From a bacterium (lineage in GTDB: Bacteria; SZUA-182; DTGQ01), in assembly GCA_040752695.1 (NCBI GenBank), contig JBFMGO010000124.1:1-16736 (forward strand): DNA of 16,736 nucleotides, given 5' to 3'. The translations under genes and the position numbers were made by a program. Under the pieces are notes generated by a model, which saw only the letters and a list, made by a program, of their open reading frames with translations, was not told the DNA's origin and did no database searches. Position 1 is the stretch's first letter. Each line of letters begins with the position of its first letter. This document shows positions 1 to 7,307 of the stretch, piece by piece.

Positions 1-2
1 AA

Positions 3-608
3 GACTTGAAAATGGAAAAGAACGATGCCGTGGAATTGGCCTTTAAACACAATTTTTCCCAGAAAGCCTTTACCAGGATTTCCCTTTATCACTATACGAT
101 TAATGACTATATCAAGAGGTATTCATTTACCGATCCCAATACTGGCGCGAATAGGAGGGGCTGTTATAACATAGACAACGTACAACTGACAGGGGCATCG
201 GTTGACGGAGCTACTGAAATCATGAGCCAACTGACGTTACGGGGGAACATCAGCTATCAGAAGAGCAAAAAAGAAGGTGACATAATGGATAAGACAGAAC
301 TGAGTGATGAGCTCGACTACCTGCCTGAGTGGAAGAGTGCGGTGGGATTTGATTTGAAACTTCCCTATCAAGGAGCGGTATTCAGTACAAGTATAAGGTA
401 CGTAGGTGAGCAGAAGACCACATCATCAAATAAAATCGTAGAACTTGATTCCTATACCACTACAGACATAGAGCTGAAGATCCCCGTAACAGAGCGGGGT
501 GAGATCAGCATCTATGCGGAAAATCTCTTTGATGAACACTATGAAGAGCGTTTTGGTTATCCGATGCCGGGAAGAATTATCGGGGCAGCAGTAAAGATAG
601 GCTTTTAA
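3..608 (+). CDS. TonB-dependent outer-membrane receptor, C-terminal part (5'-truncated by the window edge)
   Basis: The frame is open from the window start. It shows alternating beta-strand patterns and a typical TBDR C-terminus (YAENLFDEHYEERFGYPMPGRIIGAAVKIGF) ending in Phe. Confidence 0.9.
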   Translation, partial: DLKMEKNDAVELAFKHNFSQKAFTRISLYHYTINDYIKRYSFTDPNTGANRRGCYNIDNVQLTGASVDGATEIMSQLTLRGNISYQKSKKEGDIMDKTELSDELDYLPEWKSAVGFDLKLPYQGAVFSTSIRYVGEQKTTSSNKIVELDSYTTTDIELKIPVTERGEISIYAENLFDEHYEERFGYPMPGRIIGAAVKIGF

Positions 609-629
609 TTTTGAGGAAAGGAGATTGAC

Positions 630-1538
630 GTGAACAACATGAACAATATGAACAACGGATTAGCCTGGAAATTGAGAGGTATGGCGATAGTACTGTTGGT
701 TTTCGCGGCAGTATTGTCCGGAAAGGTCCTGGATGCAGGCGCGAAAGAAGCACCGAGGACGCAGATGTATCTGGTGAGCGTCGGAAGTGGGGACCCGGAT
801 AATATCACCCTGCGGGCGGTCAATGTAATCAAGGACTCGGATATCATTTTTTGTAACCAGGGTATGAGGGATAAATTCCCCATCCTCCTGCAAGGTAAGG
901 AAATCCATGATCCGGGATTCGGCATTTTTGGCATTTACGGAAAAACCCCGGAAGAAGCAAAAAAGAATAAGCGGTTCAATTATGAAGAAAAGATCAGGGA
1001 GTTTAATGAAATCGACTCCATTATCCGCAAGGCCGTTAAGGACGGTAAAATCGTATCAGTGCTGGACAGCGGAGATCCCACCATCTATGGACCGAATATG
1101 TGGTACATGGAGGCCTTTGAAGACCTGAATCCGGAAGTTGTGCCTGGGCTCAGTTGTTTCAATGCAGCTAATGCCGCCTTGAAAAAAGGAGTGACTACAG
1201 GGAAGAAAACGCATTCGGTTATTCTCACGGCTTCTTTCGGCAATGAAGATTACAGTGGCACCGACAGCATAGAGAAACTCGCAGTCAACCAGGCCAGCAT
1301 GGTATTTTTTACCATGTTCCTCGATTTGGAGGAAGTAGTGAAACAGCTCAGGGTGTATTACCCTCCCGACACACCGATAGCCATCGTGCTTTATGCAGGC
1401 TACAGGGAAAAAGAAGAAATCGTTCAGGGCACACTTGACACCATTCTGGAGAAAACAAAAGGAGGAAAACTTCCTCATGAACACTTGATATATGTCGGCG
1501 ATTTTCTGACTAACCGGTACAAGACTGCTGGTAAATGA
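630..1538 (+). CDS. Tetrapyrrole (precorrin/cobalt-precorrin) methyltransferase family protein, CobM/CbiF-like, with a predicted N-terminal Sec signal peptide
   Basis: TP_methylase motifs YLVSVGSGDPDNITLRA, LDSGDPTIYG, VVPGLSCFNAANAAL, YPPDTPIAIV and GTLDTI. AGGAG RBS precedes the GTG at 630. N-terminus KLRG-MAIVLLVFAAVLSG...DAGA|KE looks like a signal peptide. Confidence 0.85.
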   Translation: MNNMNNMNNGLAWKLRGMAIVLLVFAAVLSGKVLDAGAKEAPRTQMYLVSVGSGDPDNITLRAVNVIKDSDIIFCNQGMRDKFPILLQGKEIHDPGFGIFGIYGKTPEEAKKNKRFNYEEKIREFNEIDSIIRKAVKDGKIVSVLDSGDPTIYGPNMWYMEAFEDLNPEVVPGLSCFNAANAALKKGVTTGKKTHSVILTASFGNEDYSGTDSIEKLAVNQASMVFFTMFLDLEEVVKQLRVYYPPDTPIAIVLYAGYREKEEIVQGTLDTILEKTKGGKLPHEHLIYVGDFLTNRYKTAGK

Positions 1539-1570
1539 GCATCAGAAGCAAAAAACAAAAGGAGGTAACA

Positions 1571-2341
1571 ATGAAGAATAAGACCTGGATAAGCCTTTTG
1601 GCAACCGTATTTATACTTGGCATGGTATCAGTGGCACAGGGTCACATGCTCTGGCTGAATGCCAGTAATTACTCTCCCAAGGTAGGAGAGGATGTGATGA
1701 TAGAAATAGGCTTTGGGCACAAATACCCCCATACTGAGACGGTTAAGGAAGACAGAATTGAGCGCATCTTTATACGCGACTCCAAAGGTCAGGAATTGCC
1801 GCTTGAAAAAGTTGCTCCTGAGAAATACCGGTTTTCGCCGAAGACCGAAGGACAATACGAGGCAATTGTAAAGTTCAAACAGGGCTTTGTCTCAAATACT
1901 ACCGACGGCCGCAAAATGGGGAATAAAAAAACATTGCCTAATGTCGTTTCCTGCTTCCAATTCAGAATGGATGCCAAGGCGCTGATTAAAGTCGGCTCAA
2001 AAAAGGTGAGCGGCCCTTCTCAGCCAGGCGATTTGCCACTCGAAATCATTTTGCCTGAGAATATCAATAAGCTCAAAGTTGGTGATGAATTGCTATTGAA
2101 AGTGATGTATCTGGGTAAGCCGATTGGCGGAGCTAAGGTCAGTGCTACTGATGAAAACACTGCTTTGCAGCAGGAAGGCAAGTGGGTGCATGAACTGGAA
2201 AGCGATGCACAAGGAGTTGTGCGTATGAAATTGACTTCAAAAGGGTCATGGCTTATTACCGCTACCTATGAGGTGCCGTTTCCTGATCAATCTGAATGCG
2301 ATAAATCCACCTTCCGTATGACCTTAACCCTTAAGCCTTGA
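1571..2341 (+). CDS. DUF4198-family periplasmic protein (Ni/Co uptake-associated)
   Basis: GGAGG RBS at 1561-1565 before ATG 1571. Signal peptide ends AQG|HMLWL. Motifs IGFGHKYP, LPLEIIL, VMYLGKPIGGAKV and SDAQGVV..GSWLI match this family. Confidence 0.8.
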   Translation: MKNKTWISLLATVFILGMVSVAQGHMLWLNASNYSPKVGEDVMIEIGFGHKYPHTETVKEDRIERIFIRDSKGQELPLEKVAPEKYRFSPKTEGQYEAIVKFKQGFVSNTTDGRKMGNKKTLPNVVSCFQFRMDAKALIKVGSKKVSGPSQPGDLPLEIILPENINKLKVGDELLLKVMYLGKPIGGAKVSATDENTALQQEGKWVHELESDAQGVVRMKLTSKGSWLITATYEVPFPDQSECDKSTFRMTLTLKP

Positions 2342-2388
2342 ACGTGGAAGATTCGGGAAAGGATATTTGAATGACGGTATAAAAATAC

Positions 2389-2497
2389 TCGCTCATATAC
2401 AGCAGCCACCACACCCATTCTTTGTCATTCCCGCCTTCGCTCAGAATGACGGAATTTGATGCCATTTAAGGTGTGCTGTCTTAATAAATATGAGCGA
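2389..2497. repeat. Nested inverted-repeat element (REP/MITE-like or structured RNA)
   Basis: TCGCTCATAT (2389-2398) pairs with ATATGAGCGA (2488-2497), ACAGCA (2399-2404) with TGCTGT (2474-2479), and GTCATTC (2424-2430) with GAATGAC (2444-2450). Confidence 0.55.
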
Positions 2498-2529
2498 AGA
2501 TACTTATGGTAATTTATGGTAATGTTGAG

Positions 2530-2557
2530 CCCCCACCTCTGGTGGGGGAACTTTTTT
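2530..2557 (+). terminator. Probable intrinsic terminator after the DUF4198 gene
   Basis: Perfect 8-bp stem CCCCCACC-tct-GGTGGGGG followed by AAC and TTTTTT. Confidence 0.6.
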
Positions 2558-2704
2558 CTGTTATCGGATTTCTGTTATCAGATTTTTACTATGCAGAGTA
2601 TGCGAAAAAAATGATGCTGAAAAGTACAAGGCTGTTACTGCCTGTTTGAAAACAGAAAAAAATAGAGATGAAAACTGACTCGGACGGATGAAAAGTGAGT
2701 CGAA

Positions 2705-4150
2705 ATGGAGGTAATGAAGAAAATGCGTGAAGTTAAGGGAGAAATAAGTCAATGTCACCATCCTCATTTGGAAAGACAGCTTAGTTTATTTTCTGCATTT
2801 ATTCTGGTAGTGGCCAATATGATCGGCACCGGCATTTATACAACATCGGGATTTATTATGCAGGAGTTGGGCAACACGGCCGCTTTGTTCCTCTGTTGGC
2901 TCTTTGGGGGTATTTTTGCCCTGTGCGGTGCCCTGTGTTATGGAGAATTGGGAGCGATGTTTCCCCATTCAGGGGGAGAATATGTGTTTCTGCGGGAAGG
3001 CTTTGGCAAAGGGATGGCCTTTCTCTCCGGGTGGATATCTTTAGTGGTTGGATTTTCCGCCCCTATCGCTGCCTCGTCTGTGGCTTTTGCTACCTATTTT
3101 TTAAAAGTTTTTCCATTCGTCATTGATAAAAAGGTGGTCATTCCTATCCTGGGGAGTAATGTACTCACTTTATCTCCGATTACCCTTTTGGCAGTAACTA
3201 TTATTGTCCTCTTTTCCCTGGTTCATTATTACGGTCTGTTTTTTGGCAGCAGGGTACAAAATGGACTGACCATATTTAAAATCACCTTTATTGTCCTTTT
3301 CGTCGTTGCCGGTTTTTGGTTCGGTAAAGGTACTATGGAACACCTTCTTCCTGCTCAGTTGGATTTAGGGGCCCTATTTTCAGATAAGTTTGCCGTCTCT
3401 TTAATATTTATTTCCTTTGCGTACAGCGGCTGGAATGCGGCGGTTTATCTTGGCGGTGAAATTAAAAATCCTTCACGCAACATTCCTCTGTCCCTCTTTA
3501 GCGGAACATTTTTAGTAATATGTTTATATCTTGTTTTAAATGCCGTTTTTATCTATGCCCTGCCGCCAGCCAGCATGAGCGGGGTGCTGGAGGTGGGAGA
3601 TGCGGCAGCGTCCGCCTTGTTCGGTAACAATATCAGTCAATACCTCGCTGTGGCAATTGCTATTGGGATTCTTTCGGCCGTGAGCGCCATGATTGTAACA
3701 GGCCCGAGGGTTTATTACGCTATGGCCAAAGACGGTGTTTTTTTCAAGCGGTTTGGGGAGGTCGACAAAGTGCATAAAACTCCGGCTCACTCCCTTTTCC
3801 TTCAGGCATTTATTGCGGCTGTCATGGTTCTTACCTCATCCTTTGATGCTCTTCTTATCTATATTGGATTTACCCTTTCCCTGTTTGCCATGATGTCCGT
3901 AGTGGGCCTCATGGTCCTGAGGATAAAGCATCCTTCAATCAAAAGAGAATACAAAACATTCGGATATCCCATCACTCCGGTTTTTTTTATCCTGGGTAAT
4001 CTATGGATCATCTATTACTCGATAAGAAGCAGATTCATCGTTTCTCTTTATGGATTAGGGACTATTGGACTGGGCTATCTGGTTTATCGGTATTTTAGAA
4101 GTGAGGGGGAGAAAAAGGCATTGCCATTGGATGTATTGAGTATAGATTAG
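2705..4150 (+). CDS. APC-superfamily amino acid permease (start could be 2705, 2714 or 2723)
   Basis: About 12 hydrophobic segments. Motifs NMIGTGIY, GALCYGELGAMFPHSGGEYVFL, FAYSGWN, GGEIKNPSRNIP and GPRVYYAMAKDG. Confidence 0.93.
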   Translation: MEVMKKMREVKGEISQCHHPHLERQLSLFSAFILVVANMIGTGIYTTSGFIMQELGNTAALFLCWLFGGIFALCGALCYGELGAMFPHSGGEYVFLREGFGKGMAFLSGWISLVVGFSAPIAASSVAFATYFLKVFPFVIDKKVVIPILGSNVLTLSPITLLAVTIIVLFSLVHYYGLFFGSRVQNGLTIFKITFIVLFVVAGFWFGKGTMEHLLPAQLDLGALFSDKFAVSLIFISFAYSGWNAAVYLGGEIKNPSRNIPLSLFSGTFLVICLYLVLNAVFIYALPPASMSGVLEVGDAAASALFGNNISQYLAVAIAIGILSAVSAMIVTGPRVYYAMAKDGVFFKRFGEVDKVHKTPAHSLFLQAFIAAVMVLTSSFDALLIYIGFTLSLFAMMSVVGLMVLRIKHPSIKREYKTFGYPITPVFFILGNLWIIYYSIRSRFIVSLYGLGTIGLGYLVYRYFRSEGEKKALPLDVLSID

Positions 4151-4245
4151 GATTATAACGAGAAAGCCGGATTAAGTAAGTGAAAATCATGATCTTTCCA
4201 CCTGCTTATATGCCTTTCTATGAAGGCGAAAAAAGGAGATCTTCC

Positions 4246-4716
4246 GTGAAAAGAATATATGTCATTTTATTTTTATCAAGCGCACTTTTCCTTTTGGGAG
4301 CAAGAGATAATCATGTGTTCTCTCATGGTATTCAGTATACGATAGATAAAGCGGAAACTATGATCGTTAGGGTGGAATACGACGATGGCGAGCCGGCAAG
4401 TTATTCAGAAGTAAAAATCTTTTCTCCGGACGATCCGAAGGTTGAATATCAAAAAGGCCGAACGGATAAAAAAGGACAGTTTTCCTTCCTGCCTGATAAA
4501 GGAGGAGAGTGGAAGGTTGTTATAACAGATGGCATGGGGCACGCTATCGCAGCCGAGGTATTACCGGATAATAAGGCAGGCACCGGCCTGGCGGCGGTGC
4601 AATCCTCTGGGCTAACGAGATGGCAGAAGGCAGCTATAGCCCTTAGTGTGGTCTGGGGATTTATTGGCTGGGCTTTTTTCCTTAAGGCGAGGAATATGAG
4701 AAGGACAAATCCATGA
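4246..4716 (+). CDS. NikL/CbiL-like accessory protein of Ni/Co uptake (exported domain plus C-terminal membrane anchor)
   Basis: AAGGAG RBS before GTG 4246. Signal peptide ends VFS|HGIQ. Motifs YDDGEPASYSEVKIFSP, GRTDKKGQFSFLPD and GEWKVVITDGMGH, followed by a C-terminal TM helix. Confidence 0.7.
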   Translation: MKRIYVILFLSSALFLLGARDNHVFSHGIQYTIDKAETMIVRVEYDDGEPASYSEVKIFSPDDPKVEYQKGRTDKKGQFSFLPDKGGEWKVVITDGMGHAIAAEVLPDNKAGTGLAAVQSSGLTRWQKAAIALSVVWGFIGWAFFLKARNMRRTNP

Positions 4717-4877
4717 CGACCGATCGCAAAAAAGACCAGAGGATGCAAGCCTCATGAAACCAGTATCTACTTTACTCCCGGCATTGGCGGCACTGTGCGG
4801 CCTGATGCTGATGATCCTTAATTCCAGATAATAAACGTAGGGAAGGCGGGAAATTGCCTGCCACAGAAGGCGGAATA

Positions 4878-5151
4878 ATGCTTCTTCCTGAAGTAAGGGG
4901 GTTGACCATATGCGCCGATTCCCGTAAACTTATTGATTCAATCAGCCTCACGTTCTTTGAGGGAGAAACCCTTGCACTTGTCAGCGCAAGCGGAATCCTG
5001 ACACATAACCCCGGCCAGAAAGACCAGTGACTGGATAGCGGTCATGCAGGCCGGGAAAATAGTCGAAGAAGGCCCATCCAGCCGGATATTGACCCGTTCC
5101 TCGCACCGGTACACGAGGCAGCTTATCGAGGCCGCTTCGGCAGTGAGCTGA
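4878..5151 (+). pseudogene. Internally deleted, frameshifted ABC transporter ATP-binding gene (NikD/NikE, DppD/F-like)
   Basis: From ATG 4878 it reads MLLPEVRGLTICADSRKLIDSISLTFFEGETLALVSASG (ABC N-terminus up to a broken Walker A), fused directly to ILTHN (H-loop). After a frameshift near 5010 it continues PARKTSDWIAVMQAGKIVEEGPSSRILTRSSHRYTRQLIEAASAVS* (oligopeptide/Ni ABC ATPase C-terminus, stop 5149-5151). Confidence 0.8.
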
Positions 5152-5189
5152 AAAACCGGTGACGGCGGTGAGCTGAGAAACCGGTGACG
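5143..5189 (+). repeat. Direct repeat, 2 x 22 bp with a 25-bp period, covering the pseudogene stop codon
   Basis: GTGAGCTGAAAAACCGGTGACG (5143-5164) and GTGAGCTGAGAAACCGGTGACG (5168-5189), one mismatch. Confidence 0.85.
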
Positions 5190-5213
5190 AGTTGTGAAAA
5201 TGGAGTTGAGGGA

Positions 5214-5330
5214 AGAAGCTGCTGGAAGAAGTTGTTGTGAGGAGGTGTCATAAGGAATTGTCATGAGGAGTTTTCATGAGGAATTGCCATAAGGAATTGC
5301 CATAAGAAGTTTTCCTGAGAAATTGCCATA
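5214..5330 (+). repeat. Degenerate 13-bp tandem array (~9 units, consensus near AGGAATTGCCATA)
   Basis: Units start at 5214, 5227, 5240, 5253, 5266, 5279, 5292, 5305 and 5318. The units at 5279 and 5292 are identical. The array runs straight into the RBS of the FmdE-family gene. Confidence 0.85.
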
Positions 5331-5347
5331 AGGAGAAAGGAGAAGAT

Positions 5348-6112
5348 GTGAACATGGAGAGGATCGATCTGTCAGGTATCCCGGAAACGATGCAAAATCC
5401 GCGTTTGTCCATTCAGAAAATGATTCAGAATCAGGATATGAGGGGGTTGCTTGAAAAGGCCGCTGAATTACATGGCCATTTGTGCAGCTTTGTAACCATG
5501 GGTATCATGGCCGGCAGTCTGGCTGTTCGGAAATTGGCAGAGGCATCGGCGAATGACGGCATGGAAAGGATCACCTGTATCATCGAGTGCAATAACTGTT
5601 TTTCTGATGGCGTCCAGATCAGTACTGGCTGCACCTTCGGGAACAATGCCCTGATCTTCCGCGATCTGGGGAAAAACGCATTCACATTGATCAGGCGGGA
5701 AGGCAGGGCTTTTCGGGTTTCTGTGCGGCCTGAGGCCAGGGAGATCGTAGATGCCGTGCAGGAGAAAATATACCCTGGCTCAGAAGCACTGTTCGATAAG
5801 GTGGTCACCAGGAGGAGCGGAACCCTTGAAGAAGGCGAACTGTTGAAAAAACTGTTTCTGAAAGGCTCCTACGACCTTTTGACCGTACCGCCGGAGGCTC
5901 TTTTTTCCGTTCAGGAGTGCCGGTCGGAATCCGAACAGTATGCGCCGATTTTTAAAAGCTACACCTGCGCTCTGTGCGGAGAGAAGATTATGGAAACCCG
6001 GGCCAGGATCAGGGATGATAAAATTGTCTGCATACCATGCAGCCGGGACAGCTATTTCCAGCTTGACGGATCAGGCATCAGCCAGAAGAGGGGAGATCAG
6101 CAATGCCGATGA
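5348..6112 (+). CDS. FmdE-family protein (formylmethanofuran dehydrogenase subunit E domain) with C-terminal Zn finger
   Basis: Motifs AAELHGHLC and IIECNNCFSDGVQISTGCTFGNNAL, plus C-terminal CALCGE...CIPC. AGGAG RBS upstream. Confidence 0.88.
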   Translation: MNMERIDLSGIPETMQNPRLSIQKMIQNQDMRGLLEKAAELHGHLCSFVTMGIMAGSLAVRKLAEASANDGMERITCIIECNNCFSDGVQISTGCTFGNNALIFRDLGKNAFTLIRREGRAFRVSVRPEAREIVDAVQEKIYPGSEALFDKVVTRRSGTLEEGELLKKLFLKGSYDLLTVPPEALFSVQECRSESEQYAPIFKSYTCALCGEKIMETRARIRDDKIVCIPCSRDSYFQLDGSGISQKRGDQQCR

Positions 6113-7149
6113 CGGAAAAAGCCCGCAAGGGCAAGGACAACTGTCTGCACCAGGAGCAGGACAGTCGCCCGGGTCAGCGGGAAGATGGTGACTGCCTGCT
6201 GCTGGATCAGGATTTCTGGATACGGCATTGGGAGCGGGTTGAAAAGCTGTCCCAGAAAGGCTTGAGTAAAGAGTTTGTCAAACCGCAGCGGTGGGACAAG
6301 CTCTCGAAAGATTTCAGCCAGAGGTGGAAGCCGACTAAAGAAGATCCGATGAGAGATGAAATGATCTCATTGCTGAAAGAGCGGAATATCCTCAGGGAAG
6401 GGATGAAGATTCTGGATCTGGGGTGCGGAACCGGCAGGTTTGCCATTCCTTTTGCTCAGGCAGGCGCACTGGTGACTGCCGTGGATGTGTCCGAAGGTAT
6501 GCTTCGCTACCTGGAGGAGGAAACCCCCAAAGATGTGGCCTCCCGGATCACTCCCGTCAAACTTGACTGGCACGGCGCGGACATTGATCGACTGGGATTT
6601 CGCTCTGCCTTTGACCTTTCCTTCGGTCACATGACTCCTGCCATCACAGGGCCGGAAACCTTCCTGAAGTTTCTGTCTACCTCAAGACAGTGGTGCGTCA
6701 TGGCGACCTGGTCCGGGCAACGAAGACAAAACACGGCAGAAGGAGTGTGGCGGCACCTTACCGGTACAGCGTACGACCAGAATGCAGGGGATATCACCAT
6801 CCCCTTTAACCTGCTGTATTGTATGGGATATCATCCATCTATCGAGTTCCGGTATCACCGGCATGAAAGCCTGGTCGATCCTGAGGCTGAGGCGGATCAG
6901 CTCTTCGATCTGTTTCACGGATACGTGCAAGGAGACGAAAGGCACGTCAGACAAAGGATCCTTTCCTTTTTGCAGGGCATGGCCCGGGAAGAAGGAAAGA
7001 CGAGCCGGGAAGAAGGGCAGGGGAGCCAGGAGAAAGAGCAAGGGGCACAGGAGGGAATGAACGGAAGACACGGCATGATAAACAAAGTACTTACCGGGTG
7101 CATAGGCCGGATGGTCTGGAATGTTGATCGGGCGTGTTCGGACGTATAA
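6103..7149 (+). CDS. Class I SAM-dependent methyltransferase
   Basis: Motif I ILDLGCGTGRFA, VTAVDVSEGML and FDLSFGHMTPAI. Overlaps the end of the FmdE gene, consistent with translational coupling. Confidence 0.88.
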   Translation: MPMTEKARKGKDNCLHQEQDSRPGQREDGDCLLLDQDFWIRHWERVEKLSQKGLSKEFVKPQRWDKLSKDFSQRWKPTKEDPMRDEMISLLKERNILREGMKILDLGCGTGRFAIPFAQAGALVTAVDVSEGMLRYLEEETPKDVASRITPVKLDWHGADIDRLGFRSAFDLSFGHMTPAITGPETFLKFLSTSRQWCVMATWSGQRRQNTAEGVWRHLTGTAYDQNAGDITIPFNLLYCMGYHPSIEFRYHRHESLVDPEAEADQLFDLFHGYVQGDERHVRQRILSFLQGMAREEGKTSREEGQGSQEKEQGAQEGMNGRHGMINKVLTGCIGRMVWNVDRACSDV

Positions 7150-7214
7150 GGAATATCAGACAGCCACCATAACTGCCTGCCTATAGGAAATAAGATAGCT
7201 ATCAGATCATAAGA

Positions 7215-7299
7215 CCGCTGCTCAAGACACAGTAAGGGCACGTGAGAAAACACCATCTCATACTCCTTACTGTGTCTTTACTGTGTCTTTGGAGCGCGG
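7215..7299. terminator. Long hairpin between convergent genes (candidate bidirectional terminator or miniature IR element)
   Basis: AAGACACAGTAAGG (7224-7237) is the perfect reverse complement of CCTTACTGTGTCTT (7265-7278). There is an inner TGAGA/TCTCA pair and an outer CCGC-GCTC/GAGC-GCGG pair. TACTGTGTCTT is duplicated at 7268 and 7279. Confidence 0.55.
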
Positions 7300-7307
7300 T
7301 AACAATT

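Noticed and set aside
630..1538. Assigning the gene symbol cobM/cbiF
   Set aside because: The family is clear, but the signal peptide, altered glycine motif and lack of neighbouring cob/cbi genes make orthology unsafe.
4938..5264. 108-aa minus-strand ORF
   Set aside because: It is antisense to the ABC ATPase relic, which explains the sequence better.
5214..5330. 13-bp array as CRISPR
   Set aside because: The units are too short, head-to-tail and have no spacers.
5348..6112. Evidence for methanogenesis or a formylmethanofuran dehydrogenase complex
   Set aside because: FmdE-domain proteins are widespread in bacteria near metal transporters, and no fmd/fwd catalytic subunits are present.
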